Below are positions 52,748-62,468 of a DNA stretch of 64,000 nt, piece by piece; position 1 is the first letter of the stretch; every line of letters starts with the position of its first letter. Source of the stretch: an uncultured Acidobacteriota bacterium (GTDB taxonomy: Bacteria > Acidobacteriota > JAQAZP01); contig CAWIIB010000008.1 in assembly GCA_963836075.1 (NCBI GenBank), positions 1 to 64,000 of the forward strand, in the 5' to 3' direction. Both the position numbers and the translations under genes were made by a program. The notes below the pieces were generated by a model, which did no database searches, had not been told where the DNA came from, and saw only the letters and a program-made list of their open reading frames with translations.

Positions 52748-53812
52748 ATGGCCAGCCGAAAACTGCGGATCGAGAAGATGATCGAGCGTCTGCGGTCCTG
52801 CGACCGGGTCTGGATCGCCACCCACGACAACCCTGATCCCGACGGGCTGGCCTCGGCGTTCGCCCTGCGGCACCTCTTGCGTTCCGGGGACAACGGCGAA
52901 GACAAGGTGGCGGTGGAGATCTCCACCAGCGGCATCATCGGGCGGGCCGAGAACCGGGCCCTGTTCAACTACCTCAATGTCCGGATCACGCCGATGGAAG
53001 AAATGATGCCCGAGAACGACCCGGCCGTGGTTCTGGTGGACACCCAGCCGAAACGGGCGAACAACTCGGTGCCCGGCTGGGTGATACCCCGGGCGATCAT
53101 CGACCACCACCAGGACTGGGGCACCTCGAAGAATGTGCCCTTCAAGGACATCCGGCCCAATTATGGCGCCACCTCCACCATCCTCACCGAGTATCTCCGC
53201 GACTCCGGGCTGCCGCTGGACCGCAAGATGGCCACGGCGCTCTACTACGGCATCGCCTCCGAAACCCAGGATCTGGGACGCGGCCTGACCCGGGCCGATA
53301 TGCGTGCCCACAAGTATCTGTTCCCGCTGATCGATCCCAAGCGGCTGACCCGGATCGAGCGGGCCCGGGTGCCGCGGGACTACTTCCGGGTCTTCAGGCT
53401 GGCCATCGAGCGCGGCCGGATCCACGGGCCGCTGGTCATCTCCTTTCTGGGGCCGGTGGACTACCCCGACATGGTGGCCGAGGTGGCCGATTTTCTGATG
53501 CGTCTCGATGAAATACAGACCTCCATCTGTCTGGGCCGGTACAAGGACGACTTTTTCGTCTCCTTCAGGACCCTGGACGAAAAACTGAACGCTTCCGACC
53601 TGATGCAAAAGGCGCTGAAAGGGATCGGTTCCGGTGGCGGGCACGAGGGGATGGCCGGAGGCAAGGCCTCGCTGGACGATCTCCCCGACGGGACGGTGAC
53701 CGAGAAGGTGGCGCTGCTCAAGAACCGGTTTCTCGAGGTCCTCCGCCTGCCCGAGGGCGAGGGAGAACGGATGTTCGGAAAGCCGGACAAGCCGTGCACC
53801 GACCAGGGGTGA
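52748..53812 (+). CDS. DHH/DHHA1 family phosphoesterase
   Basis: THDNPDPDG, VDTQP, IDHH, YGATST and GGGHEGMAGG motifs. Confidence 0.88.
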   Translation: MASRKLRIEKMIERLRSCDRVWIATHDNPDPDGLASAFALRHLLRSGDNGEDKVAVEISTSGIIGRAENRALFNYLNVRITPMEEMMPENDPAVVLVDTQPKRANNSVPGWVIPRAIIDHHQDWGTSKNVPFKDIRPNYGATSTILTEYLRDSGLPLDRKMATALYYGIASETQDLGRGLTRADMRAHKYLFPLIDPKRLTRIERARVPRDYFRVFRLAIERGRIHGPLVISFLGPVDYPDMVAEVADFLMRLDEIQTSICLGRYKDDFFVSFRTLDEKLNASDLMQKALKGIGSGGGHEGMAGGKASLDDLPDGTVTEKVALLKNRFLEVLRLPEGEGERMFGKPDKPCTDQG

Positions 53813-55377
53813 TCAACGTGCCGCCCGTCTCTTCCCATGACACGGTCCGCGCCGCGCCGCGCCGCGCCACCCTCTGGCTGCTGTTGGCGGTACTGCTCCT
53901 GGCCACCGGTCTGCGGCTGCTGAACCTCTCCCACCAGAGTTTGTGGCTCGACGAGGTGGACACGGTCAACACCGTGCACCGGGTGATTCCCTCGCTGACC
54001 ATGAGCGGCACCACGCCGCCGCTCTACTACATCTTCATGTCCTGGTGGATGCGGCTGGTGCCGGAAACCGAATCCATGGTCCGCCTGCCCTCGGTGTTCT
54101 TCGGCATTGTCTCGGTGGCCCTGCTCTTTGTGCTGGGGCGGCGCCTGCTGGGTTCACGGGCGGGCCTGATCGCCGCGCTGCTGATGGCCGTCTCACCCTT
54201 CCACATCCACTACTCCCAGGAAGCGCGGGCCTACAGTCTGATGGTGCTGCTGACCCTGCTTTCCTGGCTGGCGCTGGTCCGGGTGCTGGACCGGGAGTCG
54301 CCGGTACGGCTGGTCATCTGGGCCGTCACCACGGCCCTGATGCTCCTCTGCCACAACTATGCCGCCTTCCTGGTGGCTGCCCAGGTGGTCTTCGTATTGA
54401 TCTGGGGCCGCCGCCACGGGATCCGGCTCACCCGCTGGCTCATCGGCCTCGCTCTGCTGGCTCTGCTCTCGCTGCCCTGGGTCAGGGTGCTGCTGATCAT
54501 GGTGGATCAGCTGCGGCACGCCCAGTACTGGATCCAGTCGGCCGCCCCCGGTGACTTCGTCAAGCTCTACCGCATGATGTGCAGCGACAGCGGCTGGCTG
54601 ATGAAGATCGACCTGCTGCTGGTGCTGGCCGGCCTGGTCTGGTGGCGGCGCCGCTTCGGTCCGGGCCGCGCCGCCTCCGGCACCGGGGACGGCGGGGCTG
54701 CCCAGCGGCACGGCGCGACGGCCCTGCCCCTGCTGGGCACCTGGCTGCTTCTGCCCGTGGCCCTGATGGTGGCCGCCTCCTGGTTCCTCCTCCCGCTCTA
54801 CCAGCACCGCTACGCCCTGGCTCTGCTGCCGGCGTTCCTGCTGCTGGTGGCCTGGGGGGCGTCGGGCCACGGCAACCGGCCGGCGGCGCTGGTGCTGGTC
54901 GGGGTGGTACTCTGTTTTACCGTGCCCGGGCTGGTGTCCTACTACACCGGTGAGAACCGTGAGCCCTGGCGGGATGTGGCCGGCCTGGTGGCCAACCTGG
55001 CTCGCCCGGGAGACACGCTGCTCTTCATCGCCCCCATGGCCCGTGACCCGTTCGATTACTACTACCAGGGCCCTGAGCTGCCCGAGAGGGTGCTCAACCG
55101 CTACCCCAAGGACGCGCCCCGGGTGGAAATGATGGTGATCAAAAATGCCCGGCGGTCCAGGCGTCTCTGGGCCGTGGTCAGCCACTGCCGCACCGGGGTC
55201 CTGGAGGAGATTCTCCAGCGCCGCCTGGGCGCCCACCGGCTGCTGGAACAGTGGAGGTTTCTCGGCATAGATCTCTACTGCTACCGCAGCGACCTCCCGG
55301 CGGTCCCCCCGGCGGACGGCGGGGACCCCGCTTCCGGCCCCACCGGGATTTTACGGGAGGGGAAAACGCACCGTTGA
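53794..55377 (+). CDS. GT-C fold membrane glycosyltransferase (GT39 / PMT-like)
   Basis: SLWLDE, PPLYY, RLPSV, SPFHIHYSQEARAYSL; many TM helices. Confidence 0.85.
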   Translation: MHRPGVINVPPVSSHDTVRAAPRRATLWLLLAVLLLATGLRLLNLSHQSLWLDEVDTVNTVHRVIPSLTMSGTTPPLYYIFMSWWMRLVPETESMVRLPSVFFGIVSVALLFVLGRRLLGSRAGLIAALLMAVSPFHIHYSQEARAYSLMVLLTLLSWLALVRVLDRESPVRLVIWAVTTALMLLCHNYAAFLVAAQVVFVLIWGRRHGIRLTRWLIGLALLALLSLPWVRVLLIMVDQLRHAQYWIQSAAPGDFVKLYRMMCSDSGWLMKIDLLLVLAGLVWWRRRFGPGRAASGTGDGGAAQRHGATALPLLGTWLLLPVALMVAASWFLLPLYQHRYALALLPAFLLLVAWGASGHGNRPAALVLVGVVLCFTVPGLVSYYTGENREPWRDVAGLVANLARPGDTLLFIAPMARDPFDYYYQGPELPERVLNRYPKDAPRVEMMVIKNARRSRRLWAVVSHCRTGVLEEILQRRLGAHRLLEQWRFLGIDLYCYRSDLPAVPPADGGDPASGPTGILREGKTHR

Positions 55378-55402
55378 CAAACGAGCAGGCTCCGCATATA
55401 TT
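55374..55402 (+). promoter_or_regulatory. Sigma70 promoter candidate
   Basis: TTGACA-N17-TATATT upstream of the lipoprotein gene. Confidence 0.55.
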
Positions 55403-55460
55403 GGCGGACACCAAGCGGTAAGGTTCCTGGATTCTATTATTTTGTTTATCTGTTGTTATT

Positions 55461-56045
55461 ATGGAGGTTAGCAATATGCGTGCTGGAGCCGCTCTGATCG
55501 CCCTTCTCTTCGTGGCACTCTTTGCCGCCGGGTGCGCGGAAGTGCCCCAGGCTGAGATCGATTCCGCCATGGCCGCCTATGCTCTGGCTGAGAAAGCCGA
55601 CGCCGAGCACTATGCTTCAGCCGCCTGGCGCGAACTGCAGGATGCCAAAGCCGACCTCGACACCGAGTTGGAAACCCAGGCGGCCAATTCGGGTATGTCC
55701 CGCTCCTATGTCGACACTCAGGACCTGGCGGCCAAGCTGCAGTCCGCCGCCGAGTATGCGCACAAGGAAGCCCAGAAGGGCCGTGACCGGGTCAAGGTGG
55801 AATACAGCGAATTCCTGGTGACGGCCGAGGACGCCCTGGCCGCAGCCGAGGAGAAGGTGTCGAAGATCCGCAAACGGAATCGTGAGAAGGAAAACTACGA
55901 CGACCGGATGGCAACTATCGAAGCCGCCAGGGTTTCCCTGGAACAGGCGGTTACGGAGTACACCGAGGGCAAGTTCTGGGATGCCCGGGAAATCGTCCGG
56001 ATGCTCCCCGAGAACCTGGCCCCGGCCACCGAAGGCCTCGACTGA
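55461..56045 (+). CDS. Helical lipoprotein (DUF4398-like; likely start ATG 55476)
   Basis: Lipobox LFAAGC then PQAEIDSA..AEKADAEHYA; Ala-rich coiled-coil. Confidence 0.7.
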   Translation: MEVSNMRAGAALIALLFVALFAAGCAEVPQAEIDSAMAAYALAEKADAEHYASAAWRELQDAKADLDTELETQAANSGMSRSYVDTQDLAAKLQSAAEYAHKEAQKGRDRVKVEYSEFLVTAEDALAAAEEKVSKIRKRNREKENYDDRMATIEAARVSLEQAVTEYTEGKFWDAREIVRMLPENLAPATEGLD

Positions 56046-56065
56046 TCTGCTGAAGAAAACCATAC

Positions 56066-56102
56066 CGGCGGGAAGGCTGAACGCCTCCTCGCCGGTTTTT
56101 TT
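56066..56102 (+). terminator. Intrinsic terminator
   Basis: ACCGGCGGGAAGGC...GCCTCCTCGCCGGT followed by a T-tract. Confidence 0.65.
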
Positions 56103-56112
56103 GTGTACGGTG

Positions 56113-56167
56113 TGTCATTGTGAGCCCCCGACCTGAGGGGACCTCAGGCCAGCGGCTCGCAATGACA
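56113..56167. repeat. Intergenic palindromic element (copy 2)
   Basis: TGTCATTGTGAGCC...GGCTCGCAATGACA with an internal CCTGAGG/CCTCAGG hairpin. Confidence 0.6.
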
Positions 56168-56177
56168 GGGGAGAGGA

Positions 56178-56999
56178 CTACTTGCCGCCCAGCAGCCGCC
56201 CCAGGGCGCGGCGGATGGAGCGGCGCGGCTTGCCGTCTTCCGGCGGCCGGACCACTCCGGTGACCAGCGCGCCCAGCTCCCGCTGGTCCGCGGAGTCGTC
56301 GACACAGGTGGTGGGCACCCAGGGGTTGAGGGTCTGGATCCTCAGCAGCCGGCTGGGCCGCGGCTCCTGGTCCTCCCGGTCGGGTGGCGGGGACAGGATC
56401 GGCACCAGCACCTGGCGGTTGGCCTCCAGCCGGACCTCGGCGCTGCCGGTCTGGCCTTCCCACTGGAACCGCAGGTCGGTGGTTTCGACGCCGTCACAGC
56501 GGATGGTGTGGATTTCCAGCAGCAGGCCCGGGTGTTTCTCGAGCATCTCGGTCCGGGGCGCGGGGACCACCAGGTCACGGTTGACGTAAAGTTCGGCCAC
56601 CGGTGAAGACCAGCGGGCCGGCAATTCCCCAAAGCGCTCGGGGGCCCACCAGCCGCGGCCGAGGTGAAAGAAACGCCCTTCGCCGGCCAGGAGATACGGG
56701 GTGTCGTGCTCATCGGGTTGCTGGTCGAAGGAGCGTCGCCCGAGCCACTCCGCCTCCCGGGCCCACACTTCGGCCAGCGGGCAGTCCCGGCAGAGCGGGG
56801 GTAAGTGTCCCTGGAGCATGCAGTGGCGCATCTCCCGGGCCAGCGGCGAGTTCCAGACCTCCTCGAAGCTGTTTTCGTAGAGGTTGCCGATCACCGCCTC
56901 GGGCCGCGGCAGGTGACAGCAGAAACTGACCTTGCCGTCCAGCAGGATGAAGGCGCTGGTCCAGGGACGGGGGCAGATGATCGGTGGGCTGCCCTTCAC
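56178..56999 (-). CDS. SPASM/twitch domain protein with C-terminal beta-sandwich-like module
   Basis: CPRPW..DGKVSFCC..IGNL..SFEEVWNS..CRDCP; GTGA overlap with the radical SAM gene. Confidence 0.8.
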   Translation of the reverse strand: MKGSPPIICPRPWTSAFILLDGKVSFCCHLPRPEAVIGNLYENSFEEVWNSPLAREMRHCMLQGHLPPLCRDCPLAEVWAREAEWLGRRSFDQQPDEHDTPYLLAGEGRFFHLGRGWWAPERFGELPARWSSPVAELYVNRDLVVPAPRTEMLEKHPGLLLEIHTIRCDGVETTDLRFQWEGQTGSAEVRLEANRQVLVPILSPPPDREDQEPRPSRLLRIQTLNPWVPTTCVDDSADQRELGALVTGVVRPPEDGKPRRSIRRALGRLLGGK

Positions 57000-58147
57000 A
57001 GCGGCACCTCGGTGGTGTTGATGGTCAGTTCCACTCCCAGCTCCCGGGCCAGCTCGCGGCAGGCCGCCATGGTTCCGGTGAACGCCGGGTCCTGCTCATC
57101 GATCATCTGTTCGGCATAGCGGAAGGTGAAGCCGTCAACACAGGTGCTGTAATCGTCGGTCCTGTTCAACAGGCCGAAGACCGCGTAGCGCGCCCCGAGA
57201 TCGGCGGCCAGGCGGATGAACGCCTCGGCCTCGCCGAGATTCATCCGCATCAGGGTCATGTTCATCTCCACCAGCGGTTTGCTGGAGCCGGCCTCCTCCT
57301 TGATCCGTTGCAGCCGTCGGATGTTGTCCACCACCTTCTGCAGGTCGGCGTGACGGATGCGGCGGTAGGTCTCGGGCGTGGCGGCATCGACGGAGAAGCA
57401 GATCCGGTTCAGCCCGCAGTCCACCAGCAGCCGGGCCCAGGATTCGCTGAGCAGCAGGCCATTGCTGTTGAACTGGGTGTCCAGCGGCCGGTGGCGCAAC
57501 GATTCCAGCAGCTCCCTGGTCTTGCCGCTCACCAGCGGCTCGCCGATGCCGTGGATCGAAAGGGTGAAGGCTTCGGCGATGGCCGGCGCCACCGCTTCCA
57601 GCAACTGGTCGTCCAGGTCCCGGGGCCGCGGGGGCGAGGTGAAGTTCGTGTTCGCCTTGGGGTAGCACATCACGCAGGGGGGGTGGATGTTGCAGGCAGT
57701 GGTGGACTCCAGCTCGATCACCGCCGGCATCCGGCCGGCGTCACCACGCAGAAGGTGGATCGACTGCACCGGCAGGCCGAACTCCCGCGGGTCCGTTTCC
57801 GGTTTGGGCTCCACCCAGCGGTCCACGCTCAGTTCCACTTCGAGACTGGCCCGCGGTCCCCCCTCCGGGGCCGGCGCCGGCAGGGGGAAGGCATATTCCT
57901 CCCACTTCTCGGGGCCCACCACCGACTGGCCGAGCAAAGACCCTTCCGCCGTCACGGTGAGTAGCGGCCCGCCCAGCTCGCCGCCCGGGTCCACCGCCCG
58001 CACCGAGAGATAGGCCATCTCCCCGGCCTGGAGCGGCGGGTCGATCTGCAGCACGGCGGCCGCCCGGCGCTCGGTCCAGCGAAAAGCCACCGGGCCGTCC
58101 ACCTGGTCCTGGTCATGCCAGCCGCTGATCAGTTCGACATTCTTCAT
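56996..58147 (-). CDS. Radical SAM protein with CX5CX2C motif
   Basis: ESTTACNIHPPCVMC, HGIGEPL, NSNGLLL and FSVDAATPETYRRIR motifs. Confidence 0.85.
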   Translation of the reverse strand: MKNVELISGWHDQDQVDGPVAFRWTERRAAAVLQIDPPLQAGEMAYLSVRAVDPGGELGGPLLTVTAEGSLLGQSVVGPEKWEEYAFPLPAPAPEGGPRASLEVELSVDRWVEPKPETDPREFGLPVQSIHLLRGDAGRMPAVIELESTTACNIHPPCVMCYPKANTNFTSPPRPRDLDDQLLEAVAPAIAEAFTLSIHGIGEPLVSGKTRELLESLRHRPLDTQFNSNGLLLSESWARLLVDCGLNRICFSVDAATPETYRRIRHADLQKVVDNIRRLQRIKEEAGSSKPLVEMNMTLMRMNLGEAEAFIRLAADLGARYAVFGLLNRTDDYSTCVDGFTFRYAEQMIDEQDPAFTGTMAACRELARELGVELTINTTEVPL

Positions 58148-58176
58148 CGTCTCCGCCCGGGTACGGCGCTGCGGCC

Positions 58177-59740
58177 CTACTCGATCACCTGGCGCACCGA
58201 GTCGAGCAGTGTGCCGTCGACCCATTTGACCACCGCCACAACCTTGTCGCCCAGCGCCGGTGTCTGCGGTGCGCCGCCGCAGATCCGCTCCACCTCGGTC
58301 TTCAGCTCCTCGATGGTTTTCAGCGGCAGGTCGGTCTTCCGCGCGGCGTCCAGCAGGTCGGTGCGCCGCGGGTTGATGGCGATGCCCCGCTCGGTGACCA
58401 CCACGTCCACCAGCTCACCCGGCCCGCAGAGCGTGGTCACCCGGTCGACGATCACCGGGATCCGGTCGCGGAACGAGGGGATGGGCAGGATGGTGCACCT
58501 GGAGAAAAGGCAGTTCTGCCAGCCGCCGATGCCGTGGAGCAGGCGGCCGTCGCTGTGGGTCACCACGTTGGCGTTGAAGTTCACGTCCACCTCGGTGGCC
58601 CCCAGCACCACCGCGTCGATCATCGAGGCGAAGTTGCCCTTGCCGTGGTAGTTGTAGCTGGTGAAGGGGCTGGTGTCCACGTGGTGTGGGATTCTCGCGC
58701 ATGGAGCGCACACCTTCCAGGTCGAAGGTCTGGCCGTCGAGGATGTAGTCGGTCAGCCCCTCCTCGAGCATGCTTCACCAGGTGCTGGGTGCTGCCCCCG
58801 CGGATGAAGCGGGCCTTGACCCCGGCCTTGCTCATCATCTCCTTGAGGTAGATGGCAAAGGCCAGGGCGGTGCCGCCGGCGCCGGCCTGGAAGGAGAAGC
58901 CGTCGCGCATGATCCCGGTGTCGCGGACGAAGCGGGCGGTCATCTCGGCGATGAGCAGCCGGTCCGGGCTCTTGGTCAGCTGGGTGGTGCCGGAAACGAT
59001 CTTTTCCGGCTCGCCGATCTTGTCCATCACCACCACGTGGTCCACGTTGTTCCCCTGGATCTGCCAGGGATGGCAGGGGAAGGGGATCAGGTTGTCGGTG
59101 ACCACGATCACCTTGTCGGCATACTGCGAGTCGGCCAGGGCAAAGCCCAGCAGGCCGCAGGCCGAGGGGCCGCTCACGCCGTTGGCGTTGCCGAAGGGGT
59201 CGGCGGTGGGCGCGGCGATCACCGCGATGTCGATGTGCACCTCGCCGTCCTGCACCGCCTGGTAGCGGCCGCCATGGGAGCGCAGCACCCCCAGGCCGCG
59301 CATCTTGCCCGCGGAGCAGTAGTCGCCCAGCGGGCCGTTCATGCTGCCCTCGATGTGGTGGATCACGCCCGCTCTCCATGTGGTCGATCTGCGGGGCGTG
59401 GCAGGGGAACGAGGCGCTGGGGAACCAGCGCAGGTCCTTGACCCCGATCCGTGCCGCGGCTTCGAACAGCGCGTTGGCCACCAGGTCGCCGTTGCGGAAG
59501 TGGTGGTGGGTGGAGACGGTCATGCCGTCTTTCAGCCCGGCGGCGCGCAGGGCTGCCTCCAGGTCGGAAACCACCTTGTTGCCGTCCGCCGGGTAGTCGG
59601 CGCAGCTGACGCAGCGGCGGAGCGGCCTTGCGGCCCTCGGGCCGGTACTTGCCCACACCCTGGAAGGGCACGGATGCCCGGCCGTTGACCTCTTCGGGCA
59701 CCAGCCGCCCGGCGGCGTTCTCAACCAGTTTGGCCGTCAT
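58177..59740 (-). CDS. citF: Citrate lyase alpha subunit (frameshifted across several ORF pieces)
   Basis: GLKDGMTVSTHHHFRNGD, RSHGGR, FSFQAGAGG, LGATEVDVNFNANV, DVVVTERGIAINP and KWVDGTLLD are spread over ORFs 59363-59740, 58753-59724, 58620-59366, 58415-58771 and 58177-58713. Confidence 0.85.
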
Positions 59741-60984
59741 TTGTCGTCACCTCCACCGCCCGAACCCGCGTCCGTTTCCTGCCAGTCCGGGTCCAGCTGC
59801 CCGCCGGCCACCGCCAGCTCCACGGTGCGCAGCGCCCGCTTGACCACCGGCGGGTCGATCATCTTGCTGCCCAGGGAGACCACGCCCAGCCCCTCGGCCT
59901 CGGCCTCGTCGAAGGCCGTCACGATCTTCTTCGCCCGCTCCAGCTCCGTGCTGTCCGGGGCCAAGGCCTCGTGGATCACCCGGATCTGCCGCGGGTGGAT
60001 GCAGCCCTTGCCGTCGAACCCCAGGGCCCGGGCCTCCAGCACGCTCTCCCGCAGCCCCTCCATGTCGCCCACGTCGGAGAAGACGGTGTCGATGGGCGAG
60101 ACGCCCGCGGCCCGGGCGGCGTTGACCACCTGGGAGCGGGCCCAGAAGCTCTCCCGTCCCTCCAGGGTGCGCTGGGTGCCGATGTCGGCGGTGTAGTCCT
60201 CGAGGCCCACGGCCAGGGCGATGACCCGCGGCGAAGCCTTGGCGATCTCGTAGGCCTTGATCGCCCCCTTGGCGCTCTCGATGATCGGCATGAGGAAGAT
60301 CTCGTCCTCGGGCCGGCCCGCGGCTTCCAGCAGTTCCTGACAGCGCCGGTCCACCGCTTTGACCTGCTTCCTGCTCTCGCACTTGGGGATCAGGATCACG
60401 TGGACATTGCAGGCGGCCACCGCCTCCAGGTCGTCCAGACCCAGGGGCAGCTGGTTGATCCGCACCATCCGCTCGGCGCCGTAGAAGTCCACCTGGCACA
60501 GGGCGTTGCGCACCAGCAGGCGGGCGGCGTCCTTCTCCGCCGGGGCCACCGAGTCCTCCAGGTCGAGGATGATCCCGTCCGGCTGGTGCAGGCCGGCGCT
60601 GAGCATGAACTTCGCCTCGTTGCCGGGCAGGTAGAGACGCGAGCGCCGGAAGCGTTCGCGGGTGGTGCCGTAGGTGCAGCAGGGGTCCATTTCGGGGAGC
60701 GCCCCCACCCCTTCGTAGAGGCCGGCCCGGCGGGCCGCCGCCTCGATACGGGCCATGATCACGAAGGGCACCGCGCCGCTGTCCACCAGGTCCACCGCGG
60801 CGTGCTCGATGTCCAGACGGGCGAGGGTCTCCTCGGCCAGCCGGTTGATCGAGTCGCCATACATCGACGCCACCTTGCTCTGCAGCCTGATCTCCAGCCC
60901 CCCCGACTGGCGGGTCTCGATCTGCACCCAGCAGTCGGAGCGGACCCCGGGGCCCTTTCTCCCGGCTGAGGCGGTTGAGTTCAT
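59737..60984 (-). CDS. citE: Fused citrate lyase acyl-carrier (CitD-like) + beta subunit (CitE)
   Basis: N-terminal ~85 aa are CitD-like (RSDC..LQSKVASMYG..DSGA..IMARIEAA), followed by RRSRLYLPGN, LDLEDSV, VRIN, IIESA, GKGCIHPRQI and KMIDPP. Confidence 0.85.
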   Translation of the reverse strand: MNSTASAGRKGPGVRSDCWVQIETRQSGGLEIRLQSKVASMYGDSINRLAEETLARLDIEHAAVDLVDSGAVPFVIMARIEAAARRAGLYEGVGALPEMDPCCTYGTTRERFRRSRLYLPGNEAKFMLSAGLHQPDGIILDLEDSVAPAEKDAARLLVRNALCQVDFYGAERMVRINQLPLGLDDLEAVAACNVHVILIPKCESRKQVKAVDRRCQELLEAAGRPEDEIFLMPIIESAKGAIKAYEIAKASPRVIALAVGLEDYTADIGTQRTLEGRESFWARSQVVNAARAAGVSPIDTVFSDVGDMEGLRESVLEARALGFDGKGCIHPRQIRVIHEALAPDSTELERAKKIVTAFDEAEAEGLGVVSLGSKMIDPPVVKRALRTVELAVAGGQLDPDWQETDAGSGGGGDDK

Positions 60985-61133
60985 CGTCTTGTACCTCCTT
61001 GTTCCGGATCAGTTCGATACCAGGGCCGCAGGGCCCCGGCTCGCTTATTTGCCCCATGGCCCGGCCTCCGGACCACCTGCGGAATATATGGCCCAGGGAG
61101 GGTCGTGTCAACGATCTTCGGTGAAATGATCAA

Positions 61134-61162
61134 TTGACAGGAGAGGGGGACGATCCTATAGT
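61134..61162 (+). promoter_or_regulatory. Sigma70 promoter of ssrA
   Basis: TTGACA-N17-TATAGT, 20 bp upstream of the tmRNA 5' end. Confidence 0.8.
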
Positions 61163-61182
61163 ACGGGTGACACTTCCCACCC

Positions 61183-61533
61183 GGGGGCGAACTGGATTCG
61201 ACGGGGTTGAGGAGGCGTTGAGTAGCATGTCGAGGTCTTCACCCTCCTCGTTAAAAAGGTGGAAACAAACTTAATTGCCGACAACGAGTTGGCTCTGGCT
61301 GCGTAGCTAACGCATCCCGTCCACTTCCCTTTCCTGCGTGGGGGGATGGACGACATCAGCAGGATAGCGCGATCCCCGACGCCGGTACGGGGTCCGCGAA
61401 ACATCACCGGCTGGTTCTGCAGGGTGCATGCTCGCTCCCGCTCTGCAGGGCGAGAAAACAGGGCGAGCTAAGCATGTAGAAGCTCCTCGCTGACCTTCTT
61501 CGGACGCGGGTTCGATTCCCGCCGCCTCCACCA
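61183..61533 (+). ncRNA. ssrA: tmRNA; tag peptide (A)ADNELALAA*
   Basis: 5' GGGGGCGAACTGGATTCGAC; 3' GACGCGGGTTCGATTCCCGCCGCCTCCACCA; tag ORF at 61277-61306. Confidence 0.97.
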
Positions 61534-61540
61534 GATGATA

Positions 61541-62068
61541 TTAGCTGTAAGTGTCTTCAGGCGTCGGCATCAACCTGATCGTGCCGCGTGCGTGGCAACT
61601 GCCGGGCTTGCCGCTCTCCGACAACTTGAGGAGGGCCAGGACGCAGCCCACGACCGAGTCCGCCCCTTCGTCCACGGTGACTTCCGGGACGAAGACATCG
61701 ATCCGCCCATATCCCGATTCAGCCACCTCGAGCGTGCCCGCATCCCGGCCGGCGGCAATGACCTCGGCTCCGATGTCGTCGGGCAAGCTGCTTTCATACG
61801 GCGGGCACTCTTCAATCTCCAGCACGCGGATCGAATATGCCCCGGTCTTGATGCCGGTGACTTCCACCATCATTTTCACACCGTCAGGGAATCCGGTGAA
61901 GGTGGCCGTGCCGAGCGCGGAATAGACCTCAGGAAACTCGAGCTGTGCCATGGCTACCGGCGGCAGGCTCGTGGCGGATTCCCCATCCGGGGAAAACGAG
62001 CCGCAGCCGCCGGCGAGCCCACCGGCGAACAGGGTGATTAACAACATGAAGCGAACGTGTAAATGCAC
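61541..62068 (-). CDS. Lipoprotein with degenerate Cu/Zn superoxide dismutase-like fold
   Basis: AGGAG RBS with GTG start; lipobox LAGGC; GTATFT..GVKMMVEVTGI..G, AGTLEVAESGYG, SVVG..L and ARGTI align by eye to SodC strands, but the His ligands are absent. Confidence 0.55.
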   Translation of the reverse strand: MHLHVRFMLLITLFAGGLAGGCGSFSPDGESATSLPPVAMAQLEFPEVYSALGTATFTGFPDGVKMMVEVTGIKTGAYSIRVLEIEECPPYESSLPDDIGAEVIAAGRDAGTLEVAESGYGRIDVFVPEVTVDEGADSVVGCVLALLKLSESGKPGSCHARGTIRLMPTPEDTYS

Positions 62069-62126
62069 TTTCTGTTTTCTCCTTGATTGGTATATGCCAT
62101 TCGAGTTTGTGAAGCGGCCGGCAGAC

Positions 62127-62468
62127 TCAGAAACCGAACCGCGCGCGGGCCTGTTCGAACTCCTGCTCGATCCGGCTGACCAGGTCGCCGAGCTCACGCC
62201 CCGTTCGATCTGAGGGCGGCCCGCTGCCCTTCACCTCGGCGAGCCGGTTCCCGAGCAGCATCAGCGCCCGCCGGATGTCCAGCTGCCAGTCGGCGAAGTC
62301 ATGCTGCGCTTCTGCCGGACAGGCCCCAGGGTCTTTCTCGATCCGTACGACTTCCCTCCCCAGGGCTTCGAGCCGCCCCGCCAGCGATGGTCCATCGGCA
62401 ACGTCTTTGCCTTTGGCGGATTTTTGCCCGGGAACGGTGTTTTCGTTGTCGTCGCGTGGTCTCATCAT
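62127..62468 (-). CDS. Small helical hypothetical protein
   Basis: 113-aa ORF with a GGAGG RBS; no recognised motif. Confidence 0.5.
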   Translation of the reverse strand: MMRPRDDNENTVPGQKSAKGKDVADGPSLAGRLEALGREVVRIEKDPGACPAEAQHDFADWQLDIRRALMLLGNRLAEVKGSGPPSDRTGRELGDLVSRIEQEFEQARARFGF

